Shown one piece after another: positions 1-11,243 of a stretch of DNA of 64,000 nucleotides. The stretch covers positions 18,724,001 through 18,788,000 of the forward strand of contig OX597834.1 in assembly GCA_951406725.2 (NCBI GenBank). The letters are read 5' to 3'. Positions within the stretch are counted from its first letter, which is position 1. The number at the start of each line of letters is the position of its first letter. The notes beneath the pieces are model-generated. The model was not told the DNA's origin and made no database searches. It saw only the letters and a program-made list of their open reading frames with translations. The DNA is from Octopus vulgaris. Taxonomy: Eukaryota. The translations under genes were made by a program, and so were the position numbers.

Positions 1-60
1 TGGCTTGTGATTCTGTGAATTGATACAATACATACAAATACAAAGCAAATTTAAACTTAC

Positions 61-204
61 CAGCCTTATTTTCCTTCAGTGGCGTTGAAGGCTGAGAAAA
101 CAATTTCGTTCGTTCTTTCTCAGCCACTTCACAAATACTATCAAAAGATGAATGACGAGAGAAGGACTTCTTTGATGTGATGGCGCCATGACAGAATAAA
201 TCAT
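61..204 (-). CDS. E2F7/8: E2F7/8 exon 10 (DDLFCHGAITSKKSFSRHSSFDSICEVAEKERTKLFSQPSTPLKENKA); gene continues beyond the window start
   Basis: tttcag acceptor, GTAAGT donor; 144 nt, phase 1 to 1; RHSSF resembles the vertebrate RHxS motif. Confidence 0.85.
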
Positions 205-427
205 CTGAAATAAATATTTACATGAAAATTACATCAATTTAATATATTTGGAAAATATTTCATACAATAGAAGAGAAAAAAAAAGAACAAAAGAAAAACA
301 TTTAAAGCAAGAAAATTTTTTTTAGAAATTTGGAATTCCAAAAAGAAATCAAATTATTTGAGATTTAGCATTAAGAATATGTTCAATTCTAAAAGCAACT
401 GCAGTAAATAGCAACAATAGAAACGTA

Positions 428-827
428 TTCTTTTTTTTACTTGTTTCAGTCATTTGACTGCGGCCGTGCTGGAGCACCGCCTTTAGTTGAGCAAATCGAC
501 CCTAGGACTTATTCTTTGTAAGCCTACTACTTACTCTATCGGTCTCTTTTGCCGAACCGCTAAGTTACGGGGATGCAAGCACACCAGCATCGGTTGCCAA
601 ACAATGTTGGGGGGGACAAACACAGACACACACACATATATATATATATGTACATACATATATACGACGGGCTTCTTTCAGTTTCCATCTACCAAATCCA
701 CTCACAAGGCTTTGGTCGGCCCGAGGCTATAGTAGAAGACACTTGCCCAAGGTGCCACGCAGTGGGACTGAACCCGAAACCATGTGGTTGGTAAGCAAGC
801 TACTTACCACACAGCCACTCCTGCGCT
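428..827 (-). mobile_element. tRNA-derived SINE family A (CORE-like), full length
   Basis: tRNA-like A/B-box head, CCTTGGGCAAGTG core-like block, internal (TA/TG)n, tail GGTGCTCCAGCAYGGCCGCAGTCAAATGACTGAAAC; more than 12 copies in the window. Confidence 0.85.
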
Positions 828-1575
828 TATGCAGATTTCCAAAAGCAGAAATTTACACACATGCATATGCTGGAGTGCAGTTCTCTGTATGCTACACTAT
901 AACCAATTACACACACACTAATTTCTTGTAGAACAGACTATATAGGTAGACTAGGTCTTGTCCTGCAGTGATGGAACATACAGGCATCACCAGTTGAAAT
1001 TGTATAATTGCAAACTTGCACACTTAGCCACTTCTCTAAACTATGGACATGGAGAAATTCAAGTGACCAAGCAGGCCTTTGCAAGCATAGCACTGGTTAC
1101 CTAGAAAAGTGGTATAAACAAAGCTGGCTGAATTCTGGAACTGGCCAGCAACCCATAGCTTTCTCTTTGCAAACTCCTTTGATAAACCAAGAATTTTACA
1201 GCTTTCCAAGTGAACATGAGTTGACTTTTGACCATCATCATTTAACGACCATTTTCCATGCTTGCATGGGTCAGACGGTTTGAGAGCATCCAGCAAGCTG
1301 CAGGGTTGCACTGAGCTCCAATGTCAGCTTGGGCATGGTGTCTACTGCCGGATGCTCTTCCTAATGCCAACCACTTTACAGTATGTACTGAGTGTTTTTT
1401 TTTATCAAGCCATCAGCGCAAGTGCAGTTGCCAAGTAACTTGCAACACAGAAAACGAACAGGAAAGAGCCCCTTCATCTAAATAGAAGTAGGGTGGGGGG
1501 AGGAATATTTGAGGAGGAGGTGGTTTGTTGAGAAGCTGTTAAGATCTTAAGTTTAACGACAAAACTAAAATGTAC

Positions 1576-1644
1576 CTTGTGATGTCAAGGGACTGTCACC
1601 CTGAAGTCCTGATTTTCCAGGTTTGTTGTTGAGAATATTAGCAA
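1576..1644 (-). CDS. E2F7/8: E2F7/8 probable exon 9 (IANILNNKPGKSGLQGDSPLTSQ)
   Basis: Poly-T-cag acceptor, AG|GTAC donor; 69 nt, phase 1 to 1. Confidence 0.7.
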
Positions 1645-2799
1645 CTGAAAAAAAAAAAAAAAAAAAGGACATTAACAGAAATATGCTACATTGCAACACA
1701 CAAATCTGTATATTTTTTCTCCAATACAAAAGTGGATAGCTTAACCCTTTCATTACTATATTCCTCTCCAAATACACTACCCTTGTTTTAATTGTGGAAA
1801 TAATAAAGAATTTAATAAAAGAATTGTCATATTAGGCTGATGTTTGATATATAAATTTTGAGAGGAAGATTTGAATCTAAATCACTTTTAAAATGAGAAG
1901 CTTGTATCATAAAACCACTGACAGTCTTAAGTGGGCTAATATAAAGTTTATGGTAGCTACCACAACAAAGCAAGGCACACAAAATGCTGACAAACATTTC
2001 CATATATAGATTTTATATTATTTTATACCAAATGCCAGATTAATTTTTCAGTCTAAATTTTTCTGAATCATTAACTTTGTCGAGCACCCAAATCACTTTA
2101 ACAATATTCAGCTCGATTTAAGGCAGCGAGCTGGGCAAAACGCTTAGCGGTATTTCTTCTGTCTTCACATTCTGAGTTCAAATTCTGCCGAGGTCGAATT
2201 GCCTTTCATCCTTTCTGAGCGGGGTTGATAAATTAAGTACCAGTTGCATACTGGGATCGATCTAATTGATTGGCACTCCCTCCCCCAAAATTTCGGGCCT
2301 TGTGCCTAGAGTAGAAACGAATATTGAACCCCATGTTACCATATTTCTATTGAAATATACACTCTTTGTGTACATCTGCATAGAAGTGGATGTTGTTAGA
2401 GAGATGATGGCAAGTAGTTCATTGACAGACAAGTGAAATAAATACTGCAGCAATATGCAAGCTTTGATGATGTTTATTCACAAACTAACTTTTATTGGAG
2501 TAGACTAGCGACAAATAATTTTTCAGTAGCAACTACTTCATGTCCAACATATCATTCTTATTCAAGATGATATTGCATATGATGTGAGGGAGATTTTGTC
2601 TGCACAACAAAACAGGATCTATGGAAGAGTGTCGCAGATGCAGCTAAATGAGAGCAAAGGGGCCGTTGAAGCACGAGGTCTGTATTTCGGTAGGGGTTAC
2701 AGAAGAGTTATGTCTCTTCAATCCTTTAAATGAACAACTACTAAAATTGTCATCAGTGTGTGATGGGCAGGAGGTATATGGTGATGGTATTAAAAATAA

Positions 2800-3031
2800 A
2801 ACGGCGAGCTGGCAGAAACGTTAGCACGCCAGCGAAATGCGTGGCCGTATTTCGTCTGTCGTTACGTTGTGAGTTCAAATTCCGCCGAGGTCGACTTTGC
2901 CTTTTATCCTTTCGGGGTCGATAAATTAAGTACCAGTTACACACTGGGGTCGCTGTAATCGACTTAATACCAATGTCTGTCCTTGTTTGTCCCCTCTATG
3001 TTTAGCCCCTTGTGGGTAATAAAGAAATAGG
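2800..3031 (+). mobile_element. tRNA-derived SINE family B
   Basis: Head GGCGAGCTGGCAGAA...GAGTTCAAATTCC, central GTCGACTTTGCCTTTCATCCTTTCGGGGTCGATAAA block (resembles the Meta-type SINE domain, from memory), tail CCCCTTGTGGGTAATAAAG. Other copies at about 2121, 5058, 10290, 24700, 46341 and 60712. Confidence 0.8.
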
Positions 3032-3070
3032 TATATAGTGTGGTTCTATACGCTTAAGTAAAAAAAGGTG

Positions 3071-3435
3071 TTAACCCTATTGATATCAATCAATGATGAG
3101 GCTGACCCTTGTTCTATGATACAAGCTTCCTGTTTTAACCCTTCTTACCATATTTCTGTTGGAATACATACACTGTCGTTGTTTCAGTTAAAATTGAAAA
3201 TAAGGAAGAATTTAGAAAATAACTTAAGAAAATCATTAGCCTGATGATTGGAACTTAAATTTAAATAAAATTTTGGCAGACAGTTTTAATTTAAAAGAAG
3301 AAGCACATAACTCGGGACTGTGTCAAGCAGTTTGGTATCAGAAAGGATTAAAGTGATCTAAATTAAGATTCCATCAAAATTTTATGTTAATTTGTTCCAA
3401 ACAACAGCTTAATACTGACAAAGTTATTTTACTAG
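3071..3435. mobile_element. Nested pair of a second piggyBac-type MITE family (inner element 3139-3347)
   Basis: TTAA at 3135-3138 and 3348-3351; solo relative at about 1741-1950. Confidence 0.7.
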
Positions 3436-3584
3436 TTTTTTTTTTTTTTCATTCAAACAAATGTACAGAATATGGAGTGAAATATGGAAAGAAAAGAATT
3501 AAAAACTGGAACTAAATAGAGATCAGCACAAATTTGGAAAATTCAAAATGTTAAAAAAAAAAAAAAAGAAATTCTATAACTTAC

Positions 3585-3656
3585 TTTTTTGATTTTTGAC
3601 ACAGTCAAGCAAAGAATGCCTGGAACTTGGTCTGTGACATCCATCAGTGCTACAAG
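3585..3656 (-). CDS. E2F7/8: E2F7/8 probable exon 8 ([24 protein letters not shown])
   Basis: ttcag acceptor, GTAAGT donor; 72 nt, phase 1 to 1; open in the required frame. Confidence 0.7.
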
Positions 3657-3804
3657 CTGAATTCAAACAAAATATTCGTGTTAAGATACTGAGGGTGAGA
3701 TAGACAGAAAGTATGAGAATAGGAGCAATAAAGATGGAGAAATAGAGAGAGAGAAAAAAACAAGAGAAAAAAAATAAATAAACAACAAAAGCAAGGCAAC
3801 TTAC

Positions 3805-3948
3805 TACTGATGTCAGTTGAACTGTCTACTTCAGGCCCGATGTACTTGAATGCTGGCTTCCTACCCCGGATCTCTGTGACGTGAATTTTACGGATTAACC
3901 CTAAACTAGTCAAGATGTTAGCGATATCATAAAGACGGCGAATTTTTG
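3805..3948 (-). CDS. E2F7/8: E2F7/8 coding exon 7 (DBD2: [39 protein letters not shown])
   Basis: Second RRxYD motif plus GRKPAFK; AG/GT boundaries; 144 nt, phase 1 to 1. Confidence 0.96.
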
Positions 3949-4310
3949 CTGGAAGGAAAATAGAATTTAAAAAAGAGAATAAGACAAAATGTACAACAAA
4001 AGGTGACAGAAGAACAACCTAACACAGGAAGATACACTAATCAGATAGCTATTATCAATATGTATCGATACTAGTATGATCACTGCTATTATTCCTTACA
4101 TACGTCAACAGTATGAATGTCACAACTGATTTGGATAGATGAGCATGTATGTGTGTGTGTGCATATGTTTATGTACACACACATGCATGTGTCTATACGG
4201 TGCAGGCAGGGCTATACTTTCTAGTTCTTTTTCACTGCTTGCTACCATGAGCAGTTGCCCTGTTACACTAGCATCAGGTCAATCGATGCCTTGTAAGGGA
4301 AAGTGGCATA

Positions 4311-4662
4311 CTCTTTTACTTGTTTCAGTCATTTGACTGTGGCCATGCTGGAGCACCGCCTTTAGTCGAGCAAATCGACTCCGGGACTTATTCTTTGTAA
4401 GCCCAGTACTTATTCTATCGGTCTCTTTTGCCGAACCGCCAAGTGATGGGGACGCAAACACACCAGCATCGGTTGTCAAGCAATGCTAGGGGGACAAACA
4501 CATATATATATATACATATATACGACAGGCTTCTTTCAGTTTCCGTCAACCAAATCCACTCACAAGGCATTGGTCGGCCCGGGGCTATAGCAGAAGACAC
4601 TTGCCCAAGATGCCACACAGTGGGACTGAACCCGGAACCATGTGGTTGGTTAGCAAGCTACT
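4311..4662 (-). mobile_element. SINE family A copy
   Basis: Near-identical to 428-827. Confidence 0.85.
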
Positions 4663-4922
4663 TCATTCTGCCTCCCTGTATGAAACCACTTTAAAAAAAT
4701 GGGTGATGTTATATTGCATTCTCTGTTGATAAATCATGCTGTAGAGATGTGCTTTTGAAAACAAGTTAACTATAAAGCCTCTTACTCAAAAGAAACAGAT
4801 AAGGCAAAGTTATAAAAGGCATCCAAGTTGTAAAATAATGACTTAAAAGCAAGTAGACATCCACGCTAGCATAGTAAAAAAATACAGATATAAAGAATGA
4901 ATGAATCAAATGTTAAACTCAC

Positions 4923-5007
4923 TTTTGAATTTAGAATTTTCAGTTTTATCTACCGTCATGTTACCAATCAGGATTTTTGCTGCCAAATCGAGATTTACTG
5001 TTTTGGG
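4923..5007 (-). CDS. E2F7/8: E2F7/8 coding exon 6 (PKTVNLDLAAKILIG...SKFK)
   Basis: ttctag acceptor, GTGAGT donor; 85 nt, phase 0 to 1; LDxAAKILI motif. Confidence 0.94.
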
Positions 5008-5328
5008 CTAGAAAAGAAAATAATCATTGTTTAATATTATATATATAAGTGACATCTAAGGTGGTGGGCTGGCATTATTGTTAGCAAATCAGGGAAAATG
5101 CTTAGTGGCAATTCGTCCAACTTTACATTCTGAGTTTTCAGACTTCAGATTTCATCTGTTTGGGGTTCATAAAATAAGTACCAGTTGAGCACTGGGGTTG
5201 ATGTAACTGACTTAGCCTCACCCCTGAACTTGCTGGCCTTGTGCCAAAATTTGAACCCAATATCATATACATTAGTGAGACAGGGAAGGGTAAAGAGAGA
5301 TCTTCAGTCTTGTAGGTGACAATATTTC

Positions 5329-5557
5329 TTAACCCTTTAGTGTTTGCATTATTCTGCCAAAATTAATGCTTTTTCATCCACATTGCCTTGAACTAATCAG
5401 GCATTATCTTGTAGCTATGAGATTTTGATGAGGTAACTGTTAATTTTTAAAACGATATTGTAGGGTTGGTGTGAGAGACCAGATATGGCCAGTTTGAACA
5501 TAAAACAGGCAGAATACTTTTGGCCGGATATGGCCGGTTTAAATGCTAAAGGGTTAA
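5329..5557. mobile_element. piggyBac-type MITE
   Basis: TTAA-CCCTTTAG ... CTAAAGGG-TTAA ends. Confidence 0.85.
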
Positions 5558-5814
5558 GCCAGTGCCATGGGAAAATGCACTAAGCGGTTGGTGATTGGGC
5601 ACCGATGTGTAGAAAGATAGTTTCCTCGTTGCTAAGTGTTTTTGGATTGGATTGCCCATATTTAGTTCACTGAAGGTTTCAGCATGTTCTCTCCACCAAT
5701 CACAACCTGATGTGTAAGCCATGAATTTAATTTTGAGATCATACTGGTTTGATGGGTTTACTCTGTCACACTGGCTTGACATGGCTTGGCAGAGGAGTAC
5801 AGTTCATATATTCA

Positions 5815-6297
5815 TACCCAGGAGAAATTAAGTCAATTGCACTGAATCCAGCATTCAATGGTATCTAATTACATTGATACCGAAAGGATGAAAGATGAAG
5901 TAGACCAGTGGTTCTCAAAGTAGGCAGTATTGCCTCACTGGGGGCAGTGGAGTTCCAAGGGGGCATTAAAGAAAAGTGGGGTGTTAATGGGGGTACAGAT
6001 TCATGTAAAAAGTGGGGCCATAATGGAGTAGAAATTCGTGTAAAAACAAACAAAATAAGTTAATTTGTGAAATACAGTTGCTTTGGATTTGCTTCAGAAA
6101 GCAGTTTATGTTTGTGATGATTAGTTGGGTTGGGGGCGCTAGGAAAGTGGCCTGGGTGTCAAGGGGGTGGCAGCCCAAAAAAGTCTGGGAATCACTGAAG
6201 TAGATCTTGGTGGAATTTGAACTCAGAATGTAGCAAGGAAAGAAATACCACTAAGTCTTTTGCCTGGTGTGTTAACAATTCCGCCAGCTTGCTGCTG
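5815..6297 (-). mobile_element. SINE family B copy split by a hAT MITE
   Basis: Family B sequence on both sides of 5906-6197. Confidence 0.7.
5906..6197. mobile_element. hAT (Charlie-like) MITE
   Basis: TIRs CAGTGGTTCTCAAA / CAGTGATTCCCAGA; 8-bp TSD aagtagac/aagtagat. Confidence 0.8.
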
Positions 6298-6941
6298 AAG
6301 TGTATCACATGATAAAAAAAATACAGGTCAACATGTACAGCACAAACGCTTGATCACTATGAACAAAATAATTTCTGTGGGTTGTTCAGCAAGAAATCGT
6401 AGAGCAGTACCAAACATGAAACTTGCAGCTGACTGAATAACTGATTAACTCTTGTTTAGCCACAGGTCGGGCTTGACCAAGCATAGTAAGAGTCAGAAAA
6501 ACAGTCCATTTTGTGTTCTATCATTTGTTTATTGTCCATTTTAAGAAATAGATGGAGGCAGAATTTTACAGCCAGATATTCTTCCTGTCACCTGTTTATC
6601 AAGGAATTTATGTTTCTGTTCCAGGGTGTCAAAAACACAGAGTGACTGGTCATGATGTCAACATCATAGCTATTTCACCCAAGCAGTGACAAACATGGAA
6701 TATCAACGTTCACACAACACACACACAATGGTTGTTTCCCTGCCGTTTCCATCAACCTAGTTTGTTCAAAAGACCTTAGTCAACCTGGGGCTATAGCAAA
6801 AGACACTTGCTCAAGGTGCTGCACGGTGGGACTGAACTCAAAAGCCACACAGCTGCAAAAACAAGCATCTTAGCCAGACAAGAGCCATGACTAAAAACAC
6901 AAACAGAAAATGTAAAAGCAAACAAAATAAACAGAACTTAC

Positions 6942-7033
6942 CTTTAAAACTAGAAACAACATCAAAAATTTCTGGCTCATAATACCTAATGACTTTTCTA
7001 GAAACTTGGGTATGTTGGATAAATTTGAGATAT
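6942..7033 (-). CDS. E2F7/8: E2F7/8 coding exon 5 (DBD2 start: EKSLGIMSQKFLMLFLVLK)
   Basis: Strong ttttcattttacag acceptor, GTAAG donor; 92 nt, phase 1 to 0; matches the KSLxIMSQKFxMLFLV motif of E2F7/8. Confidence 0.93.
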
Positions 7034-7098
7034 CTGTAAAATGAAAAGAAATTCCTTTAGTATAAATGATAATGAAGTCTCATATAAAGAACATTTCT

Positions 7099-7506
7099 TT
7101 AACCTTTCAGCATTTAACCCTTTAGTGTTTAAACTGGCCAAAATATTCTACCTATTTTATGTTCAAACTAGTCAGATATAGTCATTCATAGCTACCTGAT
7201 AAGGTGTCATTTTAAAAATAAACAATCACATCATTGAAATCTCAAAGCCATGAAATGATGCAAGATTAATTTTACATAGTGTGAATATATAAGTTTTACA
7301 TTTGACAGAATAATCTGAATGCTAAAGGGTTAAACTGGCCATATGTGGCCCAAAACTTCTGACAATTTTATGTTCAAACTGGCCAGATCGAGTCGCTCAC
7401 ACATATCCTATAATGTCATTCTAAAAATAAACTGTTACATCATCAAAATCTTGAAGCTGCAAGATAACGTATTGTCAATTCAGTAATCTGAATGCAAAAC
7501 GGTTAA
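7099..7506. mobile_element. Nested pair of piggyBac-type MITEs (inner element 7118-7329)
   Basis: Inner element flanked by TTAA at 7114-7117 and 7330-7333; the outer halves rejoin into the same family as 5329-5557. Confidence 0.8.
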
Positions 7507-7949
7507 AGAAACGATGTATAGAGGGATGAATCAGCCTGATATCTTACAAGAATTTACGAAATTCCCAAACTAGTTCAAGTTTCAGGAGTAACAACTGTCT
7601 TGTTTGTATCAATTCAACTAAGGGTTTCTGACACAGCTGTGAGGGTTTGATATAGAGGGAAATGGAATAGTTGATTCCATTTCTCTCTCTCTCTCTCTCT
7701 CTTTCTGTACACTTAGGGTTTGTAGTCTTTCTTGCAAACTGCATGGCAATCTCACTATCGCTGGTGGTATAAAATAGCACCCAGTACATTTTACCCTGGA
7801 AACGCGCTGTTGAAATTGGAGTGTACCTAATATGCCACGAAATACAGCATTCAATAATACGCAGCCACAACTATAATAAGCTCTACATTGAAGGGTGACA
7901 ATCCTCAAGAAAGACGCCGTGACACTGAATTTCTTTGTGTGCTTCTTAC

Positions 7950-8085
7950 CTTGATCAGATTCAGAGAAGTTATCCAAGTCATTTGTTGATGAATAAGAGC
8001 GAGAATTATCAACTAATTCTTTCTTTAGTTCATATTCTTTCAGTCGATTCATTTGTTCTCGAAAACCCTCTTGCTCAGCTAAGGC
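7950..8085 (-). CDS. E2F7/8: E2F7/8 coding exon 4 (inter-DBD linker ALAEQEGFREQMNRLKEYELKKE...)
   Basis: tttag acceptor, GTAAG donor; 136 nt, phase 0 to 1; open frame. Confidence 0.88.
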
Positions 8086-8980
8086 CTAAACAATAACAGA
8101 AATATAAAAATACTATCAAGAAACACAAGGAAGCGTATTTATACAGTAATGGATAAATTTACTTGACAAAATCAGCCGTGAAGTCTACCAGTGTCACCTT
8201 TTTTTAGTCTAAGAGCTAATTTCTTTACTGAATACAAGCTAGGTAACAATAGAATGTTAACATCAGAAAAGCAGTTACAACTGTACAACAAGAGGTGGGC
8301 TGCTCTCAGATTGAGATTGTAATACTGTTTCAATTTCTGATTGAAACTAATTCCTTTATACAGCTGATGCCCATAAAAACAGATGAAATTATCCTCTCCT
8401 CACTCATATTTTTGATGGTTTAACAAGGGGAGAAAAAATTCTCCTCAGGCTGGATAACTGGTTTGGATGCTGAAACCACCCAAGGGCCAGGTTGTGATGT
8501 TAAAATTGGTACTGGATTAAATCTACCTCTCAAGAACAAGAACAATCCTATAAGCAGGCTTCTGCACAGCTTCTTCTAACCAAATCTCACTCAGTTCTGG
8601 TTGATCCAAGACTATAATATAAGACATGTGCCCAAGGAATAAAACTATCAACATACTAGAATAAATTATATGTTTTAATTACATATAAAATGGTTAGTTC
8701 CTGGATTCTTAGGAATTGAAACCATATCCTAATTTTTTTGGCGAGCTTCTTTCCACTGCTCTTGGAATTTGTAGATGGTCAACTCATCAGTGAAATTTTT
8801 ACATCTGAACTAAATCTAGATTTATGTAAAGAAATGGAATGCATAATTGCATCATTTTGTCTTTCTAGGGAACATCGGCAAATGGGAAGTAAAAATAGAT
8901 GAGATCTGGTATTGGTATGTAGTCACTTTGTCAAAATTGATAAGGACCTGATGAAAGAAAGCAATCAGTCATATGGTTAC

Positions 8981-9111
8981 CTTTAGTTTGGCGAGTGTTG
9001 TACACAAATTTGTCTTTCCATGCCACGCATATTTATTTTTGGCCACCCTACTGACTATTTCCACGCTCTCCAGCACATTAACGATGTCGTAGATTCGACG
9101 CCGGCCAACAG
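8981..9111 (-). CDS. E2F7/8: E2F7/8 coding exon 3 (DBD1: [32 protein letters not shown]...)
   Basis: RRxYD DNA-recognition motif; AG/GT boundaries; 131 nt, phase 1 to 0. Confidence 0.96.
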
Positions 9112-9717
9112 CTATTGAAAGAAAAGAAATAATGACAATTAATGGACACACTGAAAGAAATTCACTTAATTAGTGAAGATCATATCTAATTGTATTGTTT
9201 AAAAGAAAAAAAAGATTGATCATTTCCATTAATCAACACAGAAACAAATTGTAAAAGTCAATTAACTAGATTAATAAAAGTAAATCAACAAGACGGTTTA
9301 AAAAGTCATAAAATTAATATAAATGTCTAGACAATTAATAATCTATGAAACTCGCTGAACACTTTTGAAGTAAGACCAAATTAATGAAGAGATAATTAGC
9401 AATAGCTGAGTGGATATGATAGCATTCTATGAGGAGTTTGTAAAACAACTTTAGATGCACTTAAAGAATGGTGGCATTAATCTCTATCTCAATTCAGCTG
9501 GCAGCAGATTAGGTTATATTTTCATTTGTTTTCTTTAAAGAGACTAGGGATTAATTTAGAACAATGTCAATAAATAAGCATTACATTTGACAAAGTAATC
9601 TGAATGCAAAAAGGTTAAAGAGCTATAAACAAGTTAAGAAATTACACAAATTTAGCAAAATAACTGTTGGACAATGCTCATTCTGTGAAACAGAAGCAAT
9701 TTCTTCCAGTTACTTAC

Positions 9718-9797
9718 ATAGATCACGCGCGACTTCATCCAATGATATATCAATACCAGCATTTTGATCAGGATAATTGGGATATTTGGCTAAAAAT
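9718..9797 (-). CDS. E2F7/8: E2F7/8 coding exon 2 (DBD1: FLAKYPNYPDQNAGIDISLDEVARDL)
   Basis: ttcag acceptor, GTAAGT donor; 80 nt, phase 2 to 1; continues DBD1 in frame. Confidence 0.93.
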
Positions 9798-10641
9798 CTG
9801 AAGATAAAATAGGAAAAGTAAAAAATAAATACATATAATTAAGCAAAATTTGTAAATTTCTATTGTTGCTTAGATTATGATAAAGAAAAAAAAAACTGAA
9901 GAAAAACCAATAATTACCACTTTGAAAACTTATTACTTGGGTTGTTTGTGCGTGTATTGACTACAAACTGTATATATATGGAAACCAATTTATTTTTTAG
10001 CAATAATAACTGTTATCAAAGAGATTTTGTGATTTACAATTTCATCAAATGTAGAAAACTAAGGATCAATATTAAGTTAAATTTAGCCCATGACAGACTT
10101 TGATCTACATCCATTAATCTGGAATTTCACCATTTATCATAAATAGGGAAAACAAAATGAACAATAGAAGACTATGTTAATGATTGCTCACAAACACTGA
10201 AGATCAATATAACTATGGATTTCCACTGTTATTTACTGTCGATACAAGATATTAAAATTTCATGCATATCTAATTATAATCATTTCTAATATAGGCACAA
10301 GGCCTGAAATATTGAGGAAGTGGAGAGTTGATAACCCCAGCACATAACCGGTACTTATTTTACTGATACTAAAAAGATGAAAGGCAGAGCTGACCATGGC
10401 AGAATCTAAACTCAGAACATTAAGTTGGAAGAAATGCTGAGCCTTTTGCCCGATGCACTAATGAGTCTGACAGTTTGTCGCTTTTAAAAATAATACAACC
10501 AAAATGTTCCAGTGAAGAAGAGGGTATAATGAAAAAATTTTTAACTGAGTGAAGATTTGTTATAAAAAGGTTACTGTAAAGATATTCAATTGCTAAGAAA
10601 GAAGATATATAAGGTGGAAAAAAAGAAAACTGTTTTCTTAC

Positions 10642-11243
10642 TTTTGGCATAAAAGTCCAAGAGATTTCTCTTTTCGGGAACCAGTGGTGAACATTTTCCC
10701 CGAATCAGTATCTTGGATGAAATTATTCTCTTTGAGGAGTCCATGAGGAGACTCTGGCTGACTGCAATCACACTGAGACAATAGATGCCTGTTAGTTTTC
10801 TCCTCTTGCAATAAGTCCCGCCGCCTTAGCTCAGGACTAACAGCACTTGAGAGCATTTTCAGGTTGGCAGTAGGAGTGAGTGGTGCTTCATGACATTCTG
10901 TTGAGTCCCACTTCTTTTCTGGAGTGGCTGGTTGAGCTGGGCCCTCATCAATTAAGTAGGAGAGGCTAGTGTAGGGTTTATAATCATTTACACTAGTAGA
11001 AAGTTTTGGATGGTGAAATTTTACAGAACTCAAACAATTTTCCTTATTGCATTTAGGACTGCAGAAAACTGATTCTGTTTCTTCTTCAAAGTCAGCATTG
11101 GGTTTACATTTTGCCTGGCCATTGCTGGTCACATTCTCACATAGTGGTGTTCTTCTTGTAACTTTGTCCTGTTCTTCAGTTTCACCACCTAATTTATTGA
11201 TTAGGTGAGCTGAAGCAGGGCAAGTTTCATTAACTGGAGCCAT
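10642..11243 (-). CDS. E2F7/8: Atypical E2F (E2F7/8) coding exon 1: N-terminus and start of DBD1
   Basis: Encodes LTPTANLKMLSSAVSPELRRRD (E2F7/8 N-terminal motif), KEN boxes and SRKEKSLGLLCQK. Acceptor tacag lies 2 nt before the ATG; donor GTAAG at 10641, phase 2. Confidence 0.93.

Noticed and set aside
487-931. Recurrent ORF peptides such as [22 protein letters not shown] and RRASFSFRLPNPLTRL
   Set aside because: They are translations of non-coding SINE family A, not a gene family.
7544-7949. Read-through of E2F7/8 exon 4 (144-aa ORF) and the overlapping 108-aa ORF
   Set aside because: The strong GTAAG donor at 7949 gives the correct phase into DBD2; the extension runs into (GA)n and has no recognisable motif.
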